A stretch of 64,000 nucleotides of DNA from an uncultured Candidatus Rokubacteria bacterium (GTDB lineage: Bacteria > Methylomirabilota > Methylomirabilia > Rokubacteriales > CSP1-6). Positions 62,419 to 64,000 of this stretch are shown in pieces. Where the stretch lies: contig CAVUPM010000004.1 of NCBI GenBank assembly GCA_963743355.1, positions 131,845 to 195,844 of the forward strand, given 5' to 3'. Under the pieces are notes generated by a model, which saw only the letters and a program-made list of their open reading frames with translations, searched no databases and had not been told where the DNA came from. Every line of letters begins with the position of its first letter. Position 1 is the first letter of the stretch. A program made the position numbers and the translations under genes.

Positions 62419-63198
62419 TCACCCGCCCCGCGCGCGGCGCAGCATCTCGATCAGCACCTCGCGGCTCTGATCGGTCGTCGTCACCTCGCGCGGGAACGCG
62501 ATGCGCACGCTTGACAGCCGCTCGCCCTGCCGCACACGCAGCTTGAAGCCTAGCCGATCCACCGTGACCATCGTCGCTTCGTCGGCGGCCTCGCCCGCAT
62601 AGTGTCGGGCGTAGGTGATGAGCGCGTCGGCATGATCGCGATTCATGTGCTCGACGATGCCGGGTCCGGCGTCGGCCAGCGGGTCGGGCTGGGCGGCCAC
62701 GTAGTCCGCCGCCGTCACCCAGTCCATCGCCGCAAAGCCGCCGACGAAGTACGCGTCGGCGATATCGAGGCGCCAGAACGCGAAGTCGTCGAAGTCGACC
62801 CAGTAGCCGGCGCGCTGGTGGCGCGCGAGGTACGCCGCCCGCGCCGCCGCCACCTCGGCAGCGCCCAGCTTCACCGCTTCGCCCATGAGCGTGAGACGTC
62901 CGGCCGCGAGCGGATCGCCGCTCCAGTCCGGCTGCGTGACCAGCAGGCTCGCGCGCGGATCGGCTTCGAGGTTCTGCGTGTGCATGGCCATGGTGCTGAT
63001 GAGAAAGAGCGGGCGGCCGGTGCCGTCGAGCGCGTACGGCATGACGGAGGCGAAGGGATGGCCGGCATGGCGGCGGGAGACGGTCGCCAGCGTGCCGGTG
63101 CGGCCCAGGTGAGCCAGGGTCCGGGCGCGCTCCGCGAAGGTCGGCTCGGGGACGGACGGGGTGTCGGCGGGTCGGGGCGGGCCGGCGTGGCGGTTCAT
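62419..63198 (-). CDS. HugZ-like heme-utilisation / pyridoxamine-5'-phosphate-oxidase-fold protein with DUF2470
   Basis: 259 aa with GTLATVSRRHAGHPFASVMPYALD, MHTQNLEADPRASLLV, and a C-terminal MNRDHADAL...LGFKLRV (DUF2470-like). Confidence 0.8.
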   Translation of the reverse strand: MNRHAGPPRPADTPSVPEPTFAERARTLAHLGRTGTLATVSRRHAGHPFASVMPYALDGTGRPLFLISTMAMHTQNLEADPRASLLVTQPDWSGDPLAAGRLTLMGEAVKLGAAEVAAARAAYLARHQRAGYWVDFDDFAFWRLDIADAYFVGGFAAMDWVTAADYVAAQPDPLADAGPGIVEHMNRDHADALITYARHYAGEAADEATMVTVDRLGFKLRVRQGERLSSVRIAFPREVTTTDQSREVLIEMLRRARGG

Positions 63199-63219
63199 GG
63201 GTCGCTCTACGTGGTCAGG

Positions 63220-64000
63220 TTACTCCCGCGTCGCGGTGAACGGGCAGATCTGGTTGTAGGCGCAGTAGCGGCAGGCCTGCCGCGAGGGCGTGGCGTCGAA
63301 GCGGCGGGCGCGGATGCCGGCGGCGGCCTCCCGCACAGCCTCGCGCGCCTCGTCCAGATCCGCCTCGGTCGGCTCCCGGCGGCCCGTCACGTGGGTCTCG
63401 ATGAAGCGCAGCTCCACGCGCTGCGGCAGCCGGCCGGTCATCTCGCGCCAGGCGAGCGAATAGATCTTGAGCTGGAGGTTCTCGGCCACGCGCCGGTCGG
63501 CGTCCTTCTGGCGCGTGACTTCGCTGGTCTTGTAATCGACGATCACGGCGCCGAGCAGGTCCTCGTCCACGCGGTCGAAGCGGCCCCGCACGCGGTTGTT
63601 GCCGACGCTGAACGCGAAATCCTTTTCCACCCAGGTGGGCTTGAGTCCCTCGGCCTCCTCCTGGTGCCAGAAGCGCGTGAGCGCCTCGCGGCCGGCGGCC
63701 TTGCGCGCCTCCTGATGCTCCCAGGTGAGGAATCCCTGGTTCAGCCACTTGCGATCGTACTCGGCCAGCAAGTCTTCGAGCGAGGTGAAGTTGCCCTCCA
63801 CCCGTCGCTTCAGATAGAACTCGACGACCGCGTGGATCGTGCTGCCGTACACGACGGTGTGGTGGCGCAGGATCGGCACGCGCAGCAGATGCACGTAGCG
63901 ATACTTCAACGGACAGGTCTGGTAGTCGTCGACCTGCTTGTGGCTGATCAGCACCTCCTCGGAGTCGGCGATCGGCGGCAGGACGCCGGCGGCCTGCGCG
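63220..64000 (-). CDS. PD-(D/E)XK (Cas4/AddB-type) nuclease domain, C-terminal part of a larger helicase-nuclease; 5' end outside the window
   Basis: The frame is open to the window edge. It has an N-terminal YQTCPLKY Cys, GRFDRV...IVDYKTS nuclease motifs and a C-terminal CRYCAYNQICP three-Cys cluster. Confidence 0.8.
   Translation of the reverse strand, partial: AQAAGVLPPIADSEEVLISHKQVDDYQTCPLKYRYVHLLRVPILRHHTVVYGSTIHAVVEFYLKRRVEGNFTSLEDLLAEYDRKWLNQGFLTWEHQEARKAAGREALTRFWHQEEAEGLKPTWVEKDFAFSVGNNRVRGRFDRVDEDLLGAVIVDYKTSEVTRQKDADRRVAENLQLKIYSLAWREMTGRLPQRVELRFIETHVTGRREPTEADLDEAREAVREAAAGIRARRFDATPSRQACRYCAYNQICPFTATRE

Overview
This is a 64-kb, very GC-rich and densely coding bacterial chromosomal segment. 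Hand-counted 60-nt lines inside typical genes give roughly 70-77% G+C. About 65 genes are recognisable. I can support no rRNA, tRNA, CRISPR array, transposase or integrase. Most of the content is heterotroph metabolism.

Gene content by region:
- 4.6-8.2 kb and 12.8-16.5 kb: two paralogous Dpp/Opp-type ABC importer loci, both lacking ATPase genes.
- 16.5-49.6 kb: a long run of tightly overlapping minus-strand operons. They encode a split acyl-CoA mutase, an orphan molybdenum-hydroxylase large subunit, a CoA-transferase, opine-dehydrogenase-like and V4R proteins, thiolase/DUF35/hydroxyacyl-CoA dehydrogenase/acyl-CoA dehydrogenases, hydantoinase A/B with a GntR regulator, apt, an enoyl-CoA hydratase, a rhodanese, hydrolases, an ACC-deaminase-family enzyme, DUF72 and a sensor adenylate cyclase with a heme-c motif.
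- 49.6-64 kb: a mixed-strand region with CsbD, a lytic transglycosylase, an Fe-ADH, a PAL-like NHL protein coupled to pterin dehydratase, an ECF sigma factor coupled to an MGMT/Ada-Zn fusion, thioredoxin-2, an XPD/DinG-type helicase and a partial helicase-nuclease.

The most unusual locus is a lower-GC insert of about 4.6 kb (8.15-12.76 kb) wedged between the two ABC loci. It carries a DUF5131 (phage Gp37/Gp68 three-Cys) gene that is convergent and stop-overlapping with an operon of a dCMP-deaminase-like gene plus a TcmP-like partner gene. Orphan lipoproteins and a truncated ORF follow. I read this as a candidate uncharacterised nucleotide/DNA-modification or defence-type module.

Other notable signals:
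- A cluster of same-direction (+1) frameshifts in two M16 peptidase genes, plus a decayed hydrolase; together these split the mutase subunit genes.
- Isolated frameshifts in an MFS gene and a hypothetical gene.
- A family of G6C/GC6 palindromic hairpins in operon-internal gaps, including a 56-nt near-perfect palindrome.
- A correctly spaced sigma-54 -24/-12 motif upstream of csbD.

All functional calls come from motif recognition by eye; no database search was possible. Start codons are best guesses.
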